A stretch of DNA of 64,000 bases, from positions 6,373 to 70,372 of IMG/VR virus record IMGVR_UViG_3300030419_001717. One strand, written 5' to 3'. The translations under genes were made by a program, and so were the position numbers. The stretch is from a virus. The notes below the pieces were generated by a model that was given only the letters and a program-made list of their open reading frames with translations, was not told the origin of the DNA and made no database searches. Shown one piece after another: positions 8,390-16,514 of the stretch; positions within the stretch are counted from its first letter, which is position 1; every line of letters starts with the position of its first letter.

Positions 8390-9428
8390 ATACTTCCTCC
8401 TTAGGTAATCTGTTCATAAAATCGAAAGGTACTCTAAATAAATAAGCTGAGTTGTCTTGAAAACCAAAAGTTATATGTAATATATCTTCGTCTACTGCTA
8501 GTCCACAACAAAACTCTATCTTACCATGCATAAACTTCCATGGTTTAGTTACTGAGATTATATTCCAATCTTTGTCCCATATTACTAACCTATGGTTGTA
8601 GTGTCCTTCACGGTCTCCTTTCTCTGTCTGCCAGCCATCTACTTCATGGGTGATAGCTATTCTGTAACCGTTGTATGGTACTACTTGTGAGCCTCCTCTT
8701 AAATCTAAATTATCAAATGGTAGTGTATCTCCTAACTTTACTTGTTTAGCTATTTTATTTTTAAGGTCAACTTTAACAATCTCCAAAGGATTTAACCACT
8801 TAACAAAATGATAAGGCATATCTAAAATAGGCATCCAATTCTTTTCACAGTAGGAAGAACTGTCTTCTACTTCTATTATATGTCTTTCTTCTTCGATAGC
8901 TCCTGTATCAGATAAATCAATGCGTGACATTTGCATTCTTCCTTTACCATCAGGAGCATGTCTTCTTACTCCCGCAAACCAAAGTTTATCATCCCATTTC
9001 ATTAACCTACCATCTTCATGACCCACAAAATCCCATTCTGGCATCTTAGGGAATTTACGTTCGTCAATCATATTATATCTTTCAATACCTTTACCAGAGT
9101 TAAGATAACCTAAATAATTATAAGTTCTTAAGTATGGGTCGTTGTCAGGTCTAACATAGTTTAAAGGTCCCCATGGTGTTTGAAACCTACCATCTTGTTC
9201 ACTACCACTTGGATTAGGTGGGTCACAATGATGTAAGGTGTATGATACATTTCTAACATTACATATCCAATCATCTCCATCTTTTAGTATAGTGGGGTTC
9301 ATTAAACCCAAGCCACCAGTAAATTGGGATTCAATAATTAATGGTGTTAATTTAGCTTCTTCTGCTGTCGCTTCTATTGCATCTCTCACGATTGATGTCG
9401 TACATAGTTCTTGCATTTCTACTGTCAT
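8373..9428 (-). CDS. Beta-propeller glycosidase/phosphorylase-like protein
   Basis: NPTI, GHEDGRL, EKNWMP, LRGGSQ, IEFCCGL and FGFQD motifs resemble 5-bladed GH-like domains. Confidence 0.65.
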   Translation of the reverse strand: MTVEMQELCTTSIVRDAIEATAEEAKLTPLIIESQFTGGLGLMNPTILKDGDDWICNVRNVSYTLHHCDPPNPSGSEQDGRFQTPWGPLNYVRPDNDPYLRTYNYLGYLNSGKGIERYNMIDERKFPKMPEWDFVGHEDGRLMKWDDKLWFAGVRRHAPDGKGRMQMSRIDLSDTGAIEEERHIIEVEDSSSYCEKNWMPILDMPYHFVKWLNPLEIVKVDLKNKIAKQVKLGDTLPFDNLDLRGGSQVVPYNGYRIAITHEVDGWQTEKGDREGHYNHRLVIWDKDWNIISVTKPWKFMHGKIEFCCGLAVDEDILHITFGFQDNSAYLFRVPFDFMNRLPKEEVYERSN

Positions 9429-10328
9429 CTAAAACCCCGTATTCTTTTTTCTTACAAATTGTAAATCGTATGTAGTATGAGAAAGAGGTAAATCTTTATT
9501 ATCAAAAGGTCCACCATCCCATGGCCAACATGTTCTCCACCAAGGTCCCCACTTTTGTTCCATATATTCAAAATTAACTACATTAGAGAATTCTAACTTC
9601 CTTCTAATATCTTCATCACCTTGACTTGTTTGCATACCATGTTCATAATAGTCTTTCACATCTTGTTTAGAATCACAACCTCCATGGAAGTATGAACTGT
9701 CTAAAGACATAATACGTTTAATAGGAGAACCTCCTACATTACGTTCACGTAAAAATATACGCATTATATAATCACTATCTTCACAATAAGCTGGATAAAA
9801 GTTCTCATCAAATAAACCTATTTGTTGTACAACCCAATCCTTTAATAAGAATACATTCCAACTACCTATCCCAGCAAAGTCTCCTTCAAATCCATGAATC
9901 ATTCCTACTGTGTGGTCTTTAGCTTTTTCACACATCTCTTCAAGGAAACCTTTACCGAAAGATACATCATCATTAGCAATAAGCCAATAAGGTTCCATCA
10001 TGAAAGATTTAATTATAAGATTCCATCCACCAGCTATTCCTATGTTCTGGGGTAAGTGGCAAACTTGTAAATTATCTATAAGTTTATTATTCTGATGTTC
10101 TGCAACTATCTTATCTAGTTCTTCAGTTATTTCACCTCTACCATTATTATTAAAAATAATATAGTTCTTTACAGGGAAATCTACGCTCTCTATTTGTTTC
10201 TTTACCCATTTAGGTTGCCTAACAACGAGGGCACCTAAGACAGGTATCTTATTTTCTGCACTTCGTTTATTCTTATAATAAGTGTGTACATTTTCGTGTT
10301 CAATCACGGGGTCTTCTTTCTTTACCAT
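9429..10328 (-). CDS. GT2-like glycosyltransferase
   Basis: NIGIAGGWN, IANDDV and GLFDENFYPAYCEDSDY motifs. Confidence 0.85.
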   Translation of the reverse strand: MVKKEDPVIEHENVHTYYKNKRSAENKIPVLGALVVRQPKWVKKQIESVDFPVKNYIIFNNNGRGEITEELDKIVAEHQNNKLIDNLQVCHLPQNIGIAGGWNLIIKSFMMEPYWLIANDDVSFGKGFLEEMCEKAKDHTVGMIHGFEGDFAGIGSWNVFLLKDWVVQQIGLFDENFYPAYCEDSDYIMRIFLRERNVGGSPIKRIMSLDSSYFHGGCDSKQDVKDYYEHGMQTSQGDEDIRRKLEFSNVVNFEYMEQKWGPWWRTCWPWDGGPFDNKDLPLSHTTYDLQFVRKKNTGF

Positions 10329-10927
10329 TCATCTCCTCCTTTTATTATTAAATATTTATCATCCCATTTTACATTGGTTAAGTATCCTCTTTTTGATTTA
10401 TAAGTAGAGCAATATTGACATGGATGTAATTGGTATCTTACATCATACATCTGGTCTATCTCTGGGTTCATATTAGCAAACTCTTTTCGTATTAATACTG
10501 ATGGTGTTTCATCAAATCTATACATGCTATGGTCTAACGTATCAGGGTCATTAAGGAATGTACGAAAATCCTCTACCTGTATAATCTCGTCTCCATCTAA
10601 AAATAATATCCATGGTATTTCTGGATGAACTGAGGGTTGTCCCATATTATGAGTCTTACCTTCTACCACGCTAAAGTTTCCATGCACTGGTGGTAAACTT
10701 GATTCAGTTACTACTATTACTTGTTTTGAAACGCTAATAGCATTTCCTATACATTCTATAATTGAGTCTTTGTATTCTGTCTTGTAGCGTATGATTGTAG
10801 CTATTTTCATGTGATAAGGTGAATCAGGGATAAGCTTTACTAAGTCTTGATTGCGAGGGTGTGTCCATAAAAATGGAGTCTTACCATATCTAGGGTTGTG
10901 GTCTACTGATACTGGTGGTGCTTTCAC
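10322..10927 (-). CDS. GT-A fold glycosyltransferase-like protein
   Basis: WILFLDGDE DxD motif. Confidence 0.55.
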   Translation of the reverse strand: MKAPPVSVDHNPRYGKTPFLWTHPRNQDLVKLIPDSPYHMKIATIIRYKTEYKDSIIECIGNAISVSKQVIVVTESSLPPVHGNFSVVEGKTHNMGQPSVHPEIPWILFLDGDEIIQVEDFRTFLNDPDTLDHSMYRFDETPSVLIRKEFANMNPEIDQMYDVRYQLHPCQYCSTYKSKRGYLTNVKWDDKYLIIKGGDEW

Positions 10928-11934
10928 TTCCCCTCCTTATTCCAAAACTCATATATATTAGTATCTAACTCAAAGTCTTTCCATTCTTTCCTTTTATGTT
11001 GTGGTGCTTTCTGTGCCCACTCCCACATCTTAGTTAGCCCTTCTTCTAAATCTATTCTATGTTTAAAATCTAATAGTTCTACAGACTTATCCCACGTAGA
11101 CCATGCATATTTAGTTTCATGACGTGGTTCTAGATGTACTGGTTTTAAATCAGTTCCTGTTACTTTGAGTAATACATCACACGCATCGTTGATTGTATAT
11201 TCTTTAATACCACCTAGATTAATAATCTCTCCTATACATTTATCTGATTGTGATGCTTTCCATAAAGGTTCAAGTGCATCATCTATATAACTAAACGCTC
11301 TCTTCTGTTTTCCATCACCAAATATGGTAGGGGGTATATCATTCATAATCTGGTACATCCAAATGCCTAATACGTTTCTATATCTGTCCCAGATATTTTG
11401 GTTACGTCCATAAAAATTATGTGGACGAACCACTGTATAATTTAGGCCATGCTGGCGGGCTGCGACTTCCAAGTCTTGTTCTACTGCGTATTTAGCTATA
11501 CCGTAAGGGTCAATCGGGGTGGGTAATAATTCTTCACTAAATGGGGGTGTGTGAATGTCCCCATAGACTGCCATCGAAGATGTGAATACAAAACGTTCTA
11601 TGTCGTGTTTAATACTGTTAGTAATTAAGTTAGTCGATGCAATCAAGTTATTCTCATAGTTATGTTTTCTCATAAAAGGACTAAGCCCTTCAGCTGCATA
11701 GGCAGCCATATGATAAACAATATCTATCTTGTTCTCTTTAAACATTAAGTCTACATACTTAAGTTCTTTTAAGTCATAGCTATATAGTTTAACGCCTAGG
11801 TTTACGTTCTCTAGATATCCACCACTGAAGTCATCAACTCCTATGACTGTATGCTCTGTGTTATCTAAAATCCAGTCAGCTAAGCGAGAACCTAGTAGCC
11901 CTCCTACGCCTGTTATTAAAATTGTTTTATTCAT
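10924..11934 (-). CDS. NAD-dependent sugar epimerase/dehydratase
   Basis: TGVGGLLGS, TSSMAVYG, YGIAK (YxxxK) and GDGKQKRAF motifs. Confidence 0.93.
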   Translation of the reverse strand: MNKTILITGVGGLLGSRLADWILDNTEHTVIGVDDFSGGYLENVNLGVKLYSYDLKELKYVDLMFKENKIDIVYHMAAYAAEGLSPFMRKHNYENNLIASTNLITNSIKHDIERFVFTSSMAVYGDIHTPPFSEELLPTPIDPYGIAKYAVEQDLEVAARQHGLNYTVVRPHNFYGRNQNIWDRYRNVLGIWMYQIMNDIPPTIFGDGKQKRAFSYIDDALEPLWKASQSDKCIGEIINLGGIKEYTINDACDVLLKVTGTDLKPVHLEPRHETKYAWSTWDKSVELLDFKHRIDLEEGLTKMWEWAQKAPQHKRKEWKDFELDTNIYEFWNKEGK

Positions 11935-11943
11935 CAATAAGCT

Positions 11944-12354
11944 CTATTTATCACTGCTATTTTCGAACACCGTAATCTTTGCATCCTTTGGGAGTTCTAA
12001 GCTCCATGGAGGCACATACCCTGTATCGCATGAACAGTTATGCATCCCGTGTTCACAAATACAGCTTGTTACGACTGTGACATTTTCTCCTTTGGTCTCT
12101 CGTGCTATTTTGAGCAAAATGAGATATCCTATCAAATCGTCTAGTGTATCTTCTGTTGCATCATCGAGCCCATTGTTTTTAATTCTAGAGAGTTTATCGT
12201 CGATACGTGCACAGATGGCCTGTGCGTTATCGAGCTTACTAAAAATATTATCAGGCTCCAGAGCTGAATCTCCATAAGCCTTGTTCTTGCTTAAGAGCAA
12301 GTCGCGAATCTCATTACAAGTCCACTTGATATTATTCTGCGTTTTTTTCGACAT
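11944..12354 (-). CDS. Nucleotide modification-associated domain 1 (DUF1599-like) protein
   Basis: KNKAYGDS...RIDDKLSRI...DTLDDLIGYLIL; C-terminal CxC..CxC. Confidence 0.8.
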   Translation of the reverse strand: MSKKTQNNIKWTCNEIRDLLLSKNKAYGDSALEPDNIFSKLDNAQAICARIDDKLSRIKNNGLDDATEDTLDDLIGYLILLKIARETKGENVTVVTSCICEHGMHNCSCDTGYVPPWSLELPKDAKITVFENSSDK

Positions 12355-12633
12355 AGTTTTTTCACTAAAAGTAGTAACTACTCAGAGTATATAAAACTTT
12401 CTGTTAACATAACATATAGACATATTAGCCTGCCTTGAAATGCTTACTCTATATAATATATCTATATAGCTATTACTCTATTAAGATACTACTTTCAAAA
12501 TTTACCCGATTTGTTTAGACCCCTACACGACATATGACACCATGGCCCCCTCGTGATTTTAGACGGGGGGTGGAAAAAAAATAAGATAAAATAATAATAG
12601 TACTAAATAAATAATAATTACAAAAATATGTAA

Positions 12634-12730
12634 GCGGGACGTATATCGCACTATATATACTCCCTCGTTCCTTATATACTAAAACCAGCGATACCCTTAT
12701 ATACTTGGTTGCTATAAGTAATATAGAGGT
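12634..12730 (+). promoter_or_regulatory. Multi-TATA early promoter module 1
   Basis: TATAT-N5-TATAT..-N13-TTATATAC-N17-TTATATAC-N6-GCTA-N11-GAGGT. Confidence 0.75.
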
Positions 12731-12737
12731 AAAAGAA

Positions 12738-13059
12738 ATGACAACAACCGTAACACAACAGCAAGTAGCACAACACAACAAGGCAGTAATAGCCCGTGTA
12801 GTAGCCCAACACATTTGGGCCCAGACCAGTAGGGTAGCTACTACTACCAGACACAGCCAATGGAGTAGGTAACTATGAAATGGCTTGAGGTAGGTAGCCT
12901 ATCCGTAGGTGACCCAGAAGAGGTATTAGACAAGCTTAATGCATTACTAACTAAAACAATAAATGAAGCACAAAAACAAATGGAGGAAAAGAAATGAACT
13001 ATAGAAACTTTTTAGTAAACTACTTAGTAACAGTATCTTACGCAACCCGTAAGCTGTAA
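12738..13059 (+). CDS. Three coupled micro-ORFs: 12738-12872 (44 aa), 12875-12997 (40 aa), 12994-13059 (21 aa)
   Basis: GAGGT SD after module 1; near-abutting or ATGA-overlapping junctions. Confidence 0.6.
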
Positions 13060-13226
13060 ACAGTAAGCCGTCCCTAAGTCGGGACATGTCCTATATTGTA
13101 CCATGTCCACATATGCCTACCCCCCTAGGCACCCCCCCTATACCCCCCCATGCCATAATTCTACCATGCGCCCACTTTTTTTTATTTATTTATTATTTTG
13201 TGCTTAGCTTTTTTTGTAAACATTGA

Positions 13227-13323
13227 GCGGGCTGTATATAGGGGTATATAAGGTAAGAGGAGCCTTATATACTGTTTAGAGACAAAGCTTTATATACTCT
13301 CTCGCTACAAGTATAATAGAGGT
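13227..13323 (+). promoter_or_regulatory. Multi-TATA early promoter module 2
   Basis: GTATATAA-N13-TTATATAC-N17-TTATATAC-N6-GCTA-N11-GAGGT. Confidence 0.8.
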
Positions 13324-13330
13324 AAATACA

Positions 13331-13681
13331 ATGACTAATCAAACGTATACAACAAATAAAACCGGCTTTATCGTCTTTGACGGTAGAATAATGTCAATTC
13401 ACAATTTTTGGATTGAAGTAATGGGTTCCAGAATGGAAGGCACAAATTCCCTTTATTGCCACACCGTAGGCTGGGCAAACTTGCACAGCTTTGGAACTAA
13501 ACACGGAAGTCTTGACGACTCCGAAGTTTGGAACGTAATAAATAGCGTAGGTGCTAAGTTCGTCTTATACCCTTCCCAAAAACCAGACAGGTATAACACT
13601 TGGGACGGCGGACGCTGGGAACAGAAAATGCTTGAACTTGGAGCAATGGAAAATGGCTGTTATCAAATGGGGGACTTTTAA
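13331..13681 (+). CDS. Hypothetical early protein
   Basis: 116 aa with a GAGGT SD. Confidence 0.75.
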   Translation: MTNQTYTTNKTGFIVFDGRIMSIHNFWIEVMGSRMEGTNSLYCHTVGWANLHSFGTKHGSLDDSEVWNVINSVGAKFVLYPSQKPDRYNTWDGGRWEQKMLELGAMENGCYQMGDF

Positions 13682-13906
13682 ATGAGCTGGACAGAAACAC
13701 CGGCCGAAGTATTCCGCCGAAATCAAGAACGCAAAGCTAAAGAAATGCAAACAGCAATGACGACAAGCGAGTTAAAGGTAGCTATTGACTCGCTACGCTT
13801 TGATATAAGTAAACTTAACACTTGGAACGTAAGAAGTCCTAACGATATAGAATACTACGACGAAGTCCTCGCACAGCTAAGCTGGAGGTTAGAACGTGGT
13901 ATTTGA
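13682..13906 (+). CDS. Hypothetical early protein
   Basis: 74 aa, abuts the previous stop. Confidence 0.7.
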   Translation: MSWTETPAEVFRRNQERKAKEMQTAMTTSELKVAIDSLRFDISKLNTWNVRSPNDIEYYDEVLAQLSWRLERGI

Positions 13907-13972
13907 ACTAATAATGGTTTTCTTCGCACTAATAGAAGTTTATACTTTTATAAAAGCAATGGAGGGATAGAA

Positions 13973-14086
13973 ATGTTAAAGTTTAATAGTAGGTGGCGCA
14001 AGCTCGCCAAAGATATAAAGCCCAAAAAAAAGAAAGAACCAGAAAGCTGGAACGCCGCCGACTTCATTTTTCACGTCGATAAATAA
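13973..14086 (+). CDS. 37-aa basic microprotein
   Basis: GGAGG SD; MLKFNSRWRKLAK... Confidence 0.55.
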   Translation: MLKFNSRWRKLAKDIKPKKKKEPESWNAADFIFHVDK

Positions 14087-14122
14087 AGTTGGCACATGGT
14101 CGATTTTTTCAAAAAAGTGCGT

Positions 14123-14219
14123 TCGGGTTCTATATTGGGGTATATAAGTCCCCACGACGTTTATATACTAATTTGACCCAAACCTTTAAATACTTTCTTG
14201 CTACAGGTATTATAGAGGT
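14123..14219 (+). promoter_or_regulatory. Multi-TATA early promoter module 3
   Basis: GTATATAA-N13-TTATATAC-N17-TTAAATAC-N6-GCTA-N11-GAGGT. Confidence 0.8.
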
Positions 14220-14228
14220 AAGAGACCA

Positions 14229-14333
14229 ATGTCAAAATCAAAATTCAAAGGAACGCGTTTTACAATAGCAAGTCCTGAAGCAACCAAAATGTGGAAGGCT
14301 GTTAAAGAGTTAAAACGTTTATACGCAAAATAA
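14229..14333 (+). CDS. 34-aa basic microprotein
   Basis: MSKSKFKGTRFTIASPEATKMWKAVKELKRLYAK, directly after module 3. Confidence 0.6.
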   Translation: MSKSKFKGTRFTIASPEATKMWKAVKELKRLYAK

Positions 14334-14364
14334 ATTAGGTTTAAAGGGGTAGCTCCCCTTTATC

Positions 14365-14840
14365 GTGAGTGGCTGAATAATCCCTTCCCAAAGGGGATAA
14401 GGCACACAACACCCTTGACCAACGGACAAGTGTCTGAGGGATAGGTGAGTGGTAGGCGCGGACACAATACTTAGGTATTTGGGCCGGTGGTCCTTGTGGG
14501 TTAACCTTGAATCCCACCTCACACCCGCTTAGGGGAACCGTGGAAGCTATCGACTGCTTCCCGACCTAAAAAGATGAAAATAGCAAAATAGTATTGCAAC
14601 CCTAAGCACCTTATTGTTATTGCTGATTGCAACAGCTTTAATAGTCGGGTATAATCCGACTTAAAATAATGTCTGTCGCCGGACAACGAATGGCGAAGCG
14701 TAAAACAGCACACAGGTTAAGAGTGTTGCTTCCTAATCAGTTAGGGACACAAGAGCTTGTGTGACTGGAGTGACTATAGCACTCGCGGTTGGAAGCCCGT
14801 GGTTAGCGTGAGGGGTTCTGGAGCACCCCAACAGACAACC
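14365..14840 (+). ncRNA. Candidate large structured ncRNA 1 (about 475 nt)
   Basis: No plus-strand ORF; more than ten hairpins and long-range stems (GTGAG/CTCAC, GCTTAGGG/CCCTAAGC, TGTCTGT/ACAGACA); immediately upstream of the tRNA. Confidence 0.65.
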
Positions 14841-14853
14841 TTATTATTCTAGT

Positions 14854-14929
14854 GGAGTCGTAGTGTAGTGGCCCAGCATTTAAGGCTTTCGACCTTAAGA
14901 CCCGGGTTCGAATCCCGGCGACTCTGCCA
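14854..14929 (+). tRNA. tRNA-Glu (anticodon TTC)
   Basis: 76-nt cloverleaf: acceptor GGAGTCG/CGACTCT, anticodon arm TAAGG-CTTTCGA-CCTTA, T arm CCGGG-TTCGAAT-CCCGG, encoded CCA. Confidence 0.95.
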
Positions 14930-14969
14930 GCTAAAATTTGACCATGCGCCAATTTTTCAAAAACAGTGA

Positions 14970-15067
14970 CCGGAACCTATATCGCAGTATATAAACCCCC
15001 TCGATACTTATATACCTTTTTGAGAGAAACCTTTAAATACTCTCTCGCTACAAGTAAAATACGAGGT
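14970..15067 (+). promoter_or_regulatory. Multi-TATA early promoter module 4
   Basis: GTATATAA-N13-TTATATAC-N17-TTAAATAC-N6-GCTA-N12-GAGGT. Confidence 0.8.
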
Positions 15068-15074
15068 AATACAA

Positions 15075-15677
15075 ATGAGTTTCAAAGAAAATATAAAAAG
15101 AAATAAGTTTAGATTTAGGAAAGCTCCAATTAGGAGACAACCGGAAAATAAAATAGACAGTGGAGTCTTAGACCAGCTTAAAGCTAAAAGATTGGGGTTG
15201 ACCGAATGAGAGACGAGCTTTGGGAATTGGCTAATGATTTTCATTACGAAAACAGCGGAGCAACCGGAGAAGAAAACCTTCACCACGAAAAATGTGAATG
15301 GGTTTACGGTAATTGCACCTGCGGTAAAGCTGAAGAATTACAAATAAGATACGATTACGAGGACGACGGTGATTACTAATGAGTGAACACAACGTATATA
15401 ATTGGACCGACTTCTTATTGTGTATAGGAATGGAACTCGCCTACTATAAGAATGGCGAACGTCCTATCCAAGAACAAATGATAGCAGAAAAATTAATAGA
15501 AATAGGAGGTATAAAATAATGTTAGTAAGAAAGACAGACGCAGAGCTTATAAGAAAAGGTTTTGAAGAAGACGACCTAGTCTGCGATTCGTGTAAAGACG
15601 CTCACGCTACGTCAAGGGCAAGCCACGACGAAGTGTGCACAGATTGTTTTTACGAAATCTACGACGGGTGCCCTTAA
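15075..15677 (+). CDS. Four coupled micro-ORFs: 15075-15209, 15206-15379, 15379-15519, 15519-15677 (last is a CxxC-CxxC zinc finger)
   Basis: ATGA/TAATG overlaps at every junction; hand-translated at 44, 57, 46 and 52 aa. Confidence 0.7.
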
Positions 15678-15737
15678 ATTGGGCCATGTGCAAACCTTTA
15701 TTAAGGAGGTCGCTATAGGTATATCAGAGGTCAAACA

Positions 15738-16016
15738 ATGACAGATAATCAAAAGAAAACAACAACGATTGAGAAGCCCTATGAAATTTGGGTGGATAAG
15801 CACGGAGCCGGTTTTGAGTGGAGAGTATTAAAGAAATACCAAAAACCAGAACTGGAAGCAAAGAACCAATACGCCCGGTGGTTCTGTGGTGTTAAGTCAC
15901 CGTATACTTACGGAGAATTTGAATTAGGAGACGTTTACGTTTCAGAAATTAAATCAATGGCTACCAAGATAATAGAAGGCGCTGACGAATGCGCTGACTG
16001 GATAGCTAACCACTAA
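15738..16016 (+). CDS. Hypothetical early protein
   Basis: 92 aa; preceded by a single-TATA version of the module (CTTTATTAAG, GCTA, GAGGT). Confidence 0.8.
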   Translation: MTDNQKKTTTIEKPYEIWVDKHGAGFEWRVLKKYQKPELEAKNQYARWFCGVKSPYTYGEFELGDVYVSEIKSMATKIIEGADECADWIANH

Positions 16017-16034
16017 GAGTTAACAACCTCTAAC

Positions 16035-16068
16035 GGGGTGGTTTCAGGAGCCGAATTCCGACCACCCC
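16035..16068 (+). terminator. GC-rich hairpin after the ORF
   Basis: GGGGTGGT...ACCACCCC inverted repeat. Confidence 0.45.
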
Positions 16069-16097
16069 AAAAGTTAGACCATGTGCGAAAATTTTAT

Positions 16098-16476
16098 AGG
16101 TCACTTCGGAGGGAGCCCCTATATAAGGGGTTGGGCGTCCCACTTTAACTCCCTCCTGATAAGACCTTTTGTCATTGTAAGGGTGGGCCTGTGAGACTTC
16201 AAACGGTTTCCCGTCACGAGAGTTTCAATTTAATTAGTGAGAACCATTGACACAACGATTAGTTTAAGGTTTAAGTAATAGGGAAGGATTCAACGTTTCG
16301 TATTTCCTCGAGTAGTTTGAGAAAGGGCGTCCTACGGCACTTTAAATAATATACTCCTAACAAGTGACTAAACGACATTGATAGAGGGACGGCTACGCAT
16401 TTATATCTAAACTTTAATATCTAATTTGCGAGTGGTGACTAATTAACAGGCCCGTTTTATCGAGCTCTGATAAATA
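16098..16476 (+). ncRNA. Candidate large structured ncRNA 2 (about 380 nt)
   Basis: ORF-free; nested stems GGAGGGAG/CTCCCTCC, GGGCCTGT/ACAGGCCC, TAATTAGT/ACTAATTA, GTAGTT/GGCTAC; G-U pairs favour the plus strand. Confidence 0.55.
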
Positions 16477-16481
16477 TAATT

Positions 16482-16500
16482 GGGGAGGAATCGCCTCCCC
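16482..16500. terminator. Hairpin between convergent units
   Basis: GGGGAGG-AATCG-CCTCCCC. Confidence 0.5.
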
Positions 16501-16514
16501 TACGTTTTAGTTAT

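Noticed and set aside
14319-14713. Minus-strand ORFs 14319-14522 and 14519-14713
   Set aside because: No SD or promoter, atypical composition, and antisense to the structured RNA/tRNA unit.
12634-16090. Repeated modules as a CRISPR array or integron
   Set aside because: Repeats are degenerate, hundreds of bp apart and end in SD-ATG; no integrase or attC-like hairpins were seen.
14365-16476. RNase P, SRP or tmRNA identity for the structured regions
   Set aside because: I could not find the RNase P GAGGAAAGUCC element, the SRP helix-8 GGAA motif or tmRNA ends by eye; a covariance search is still needed.
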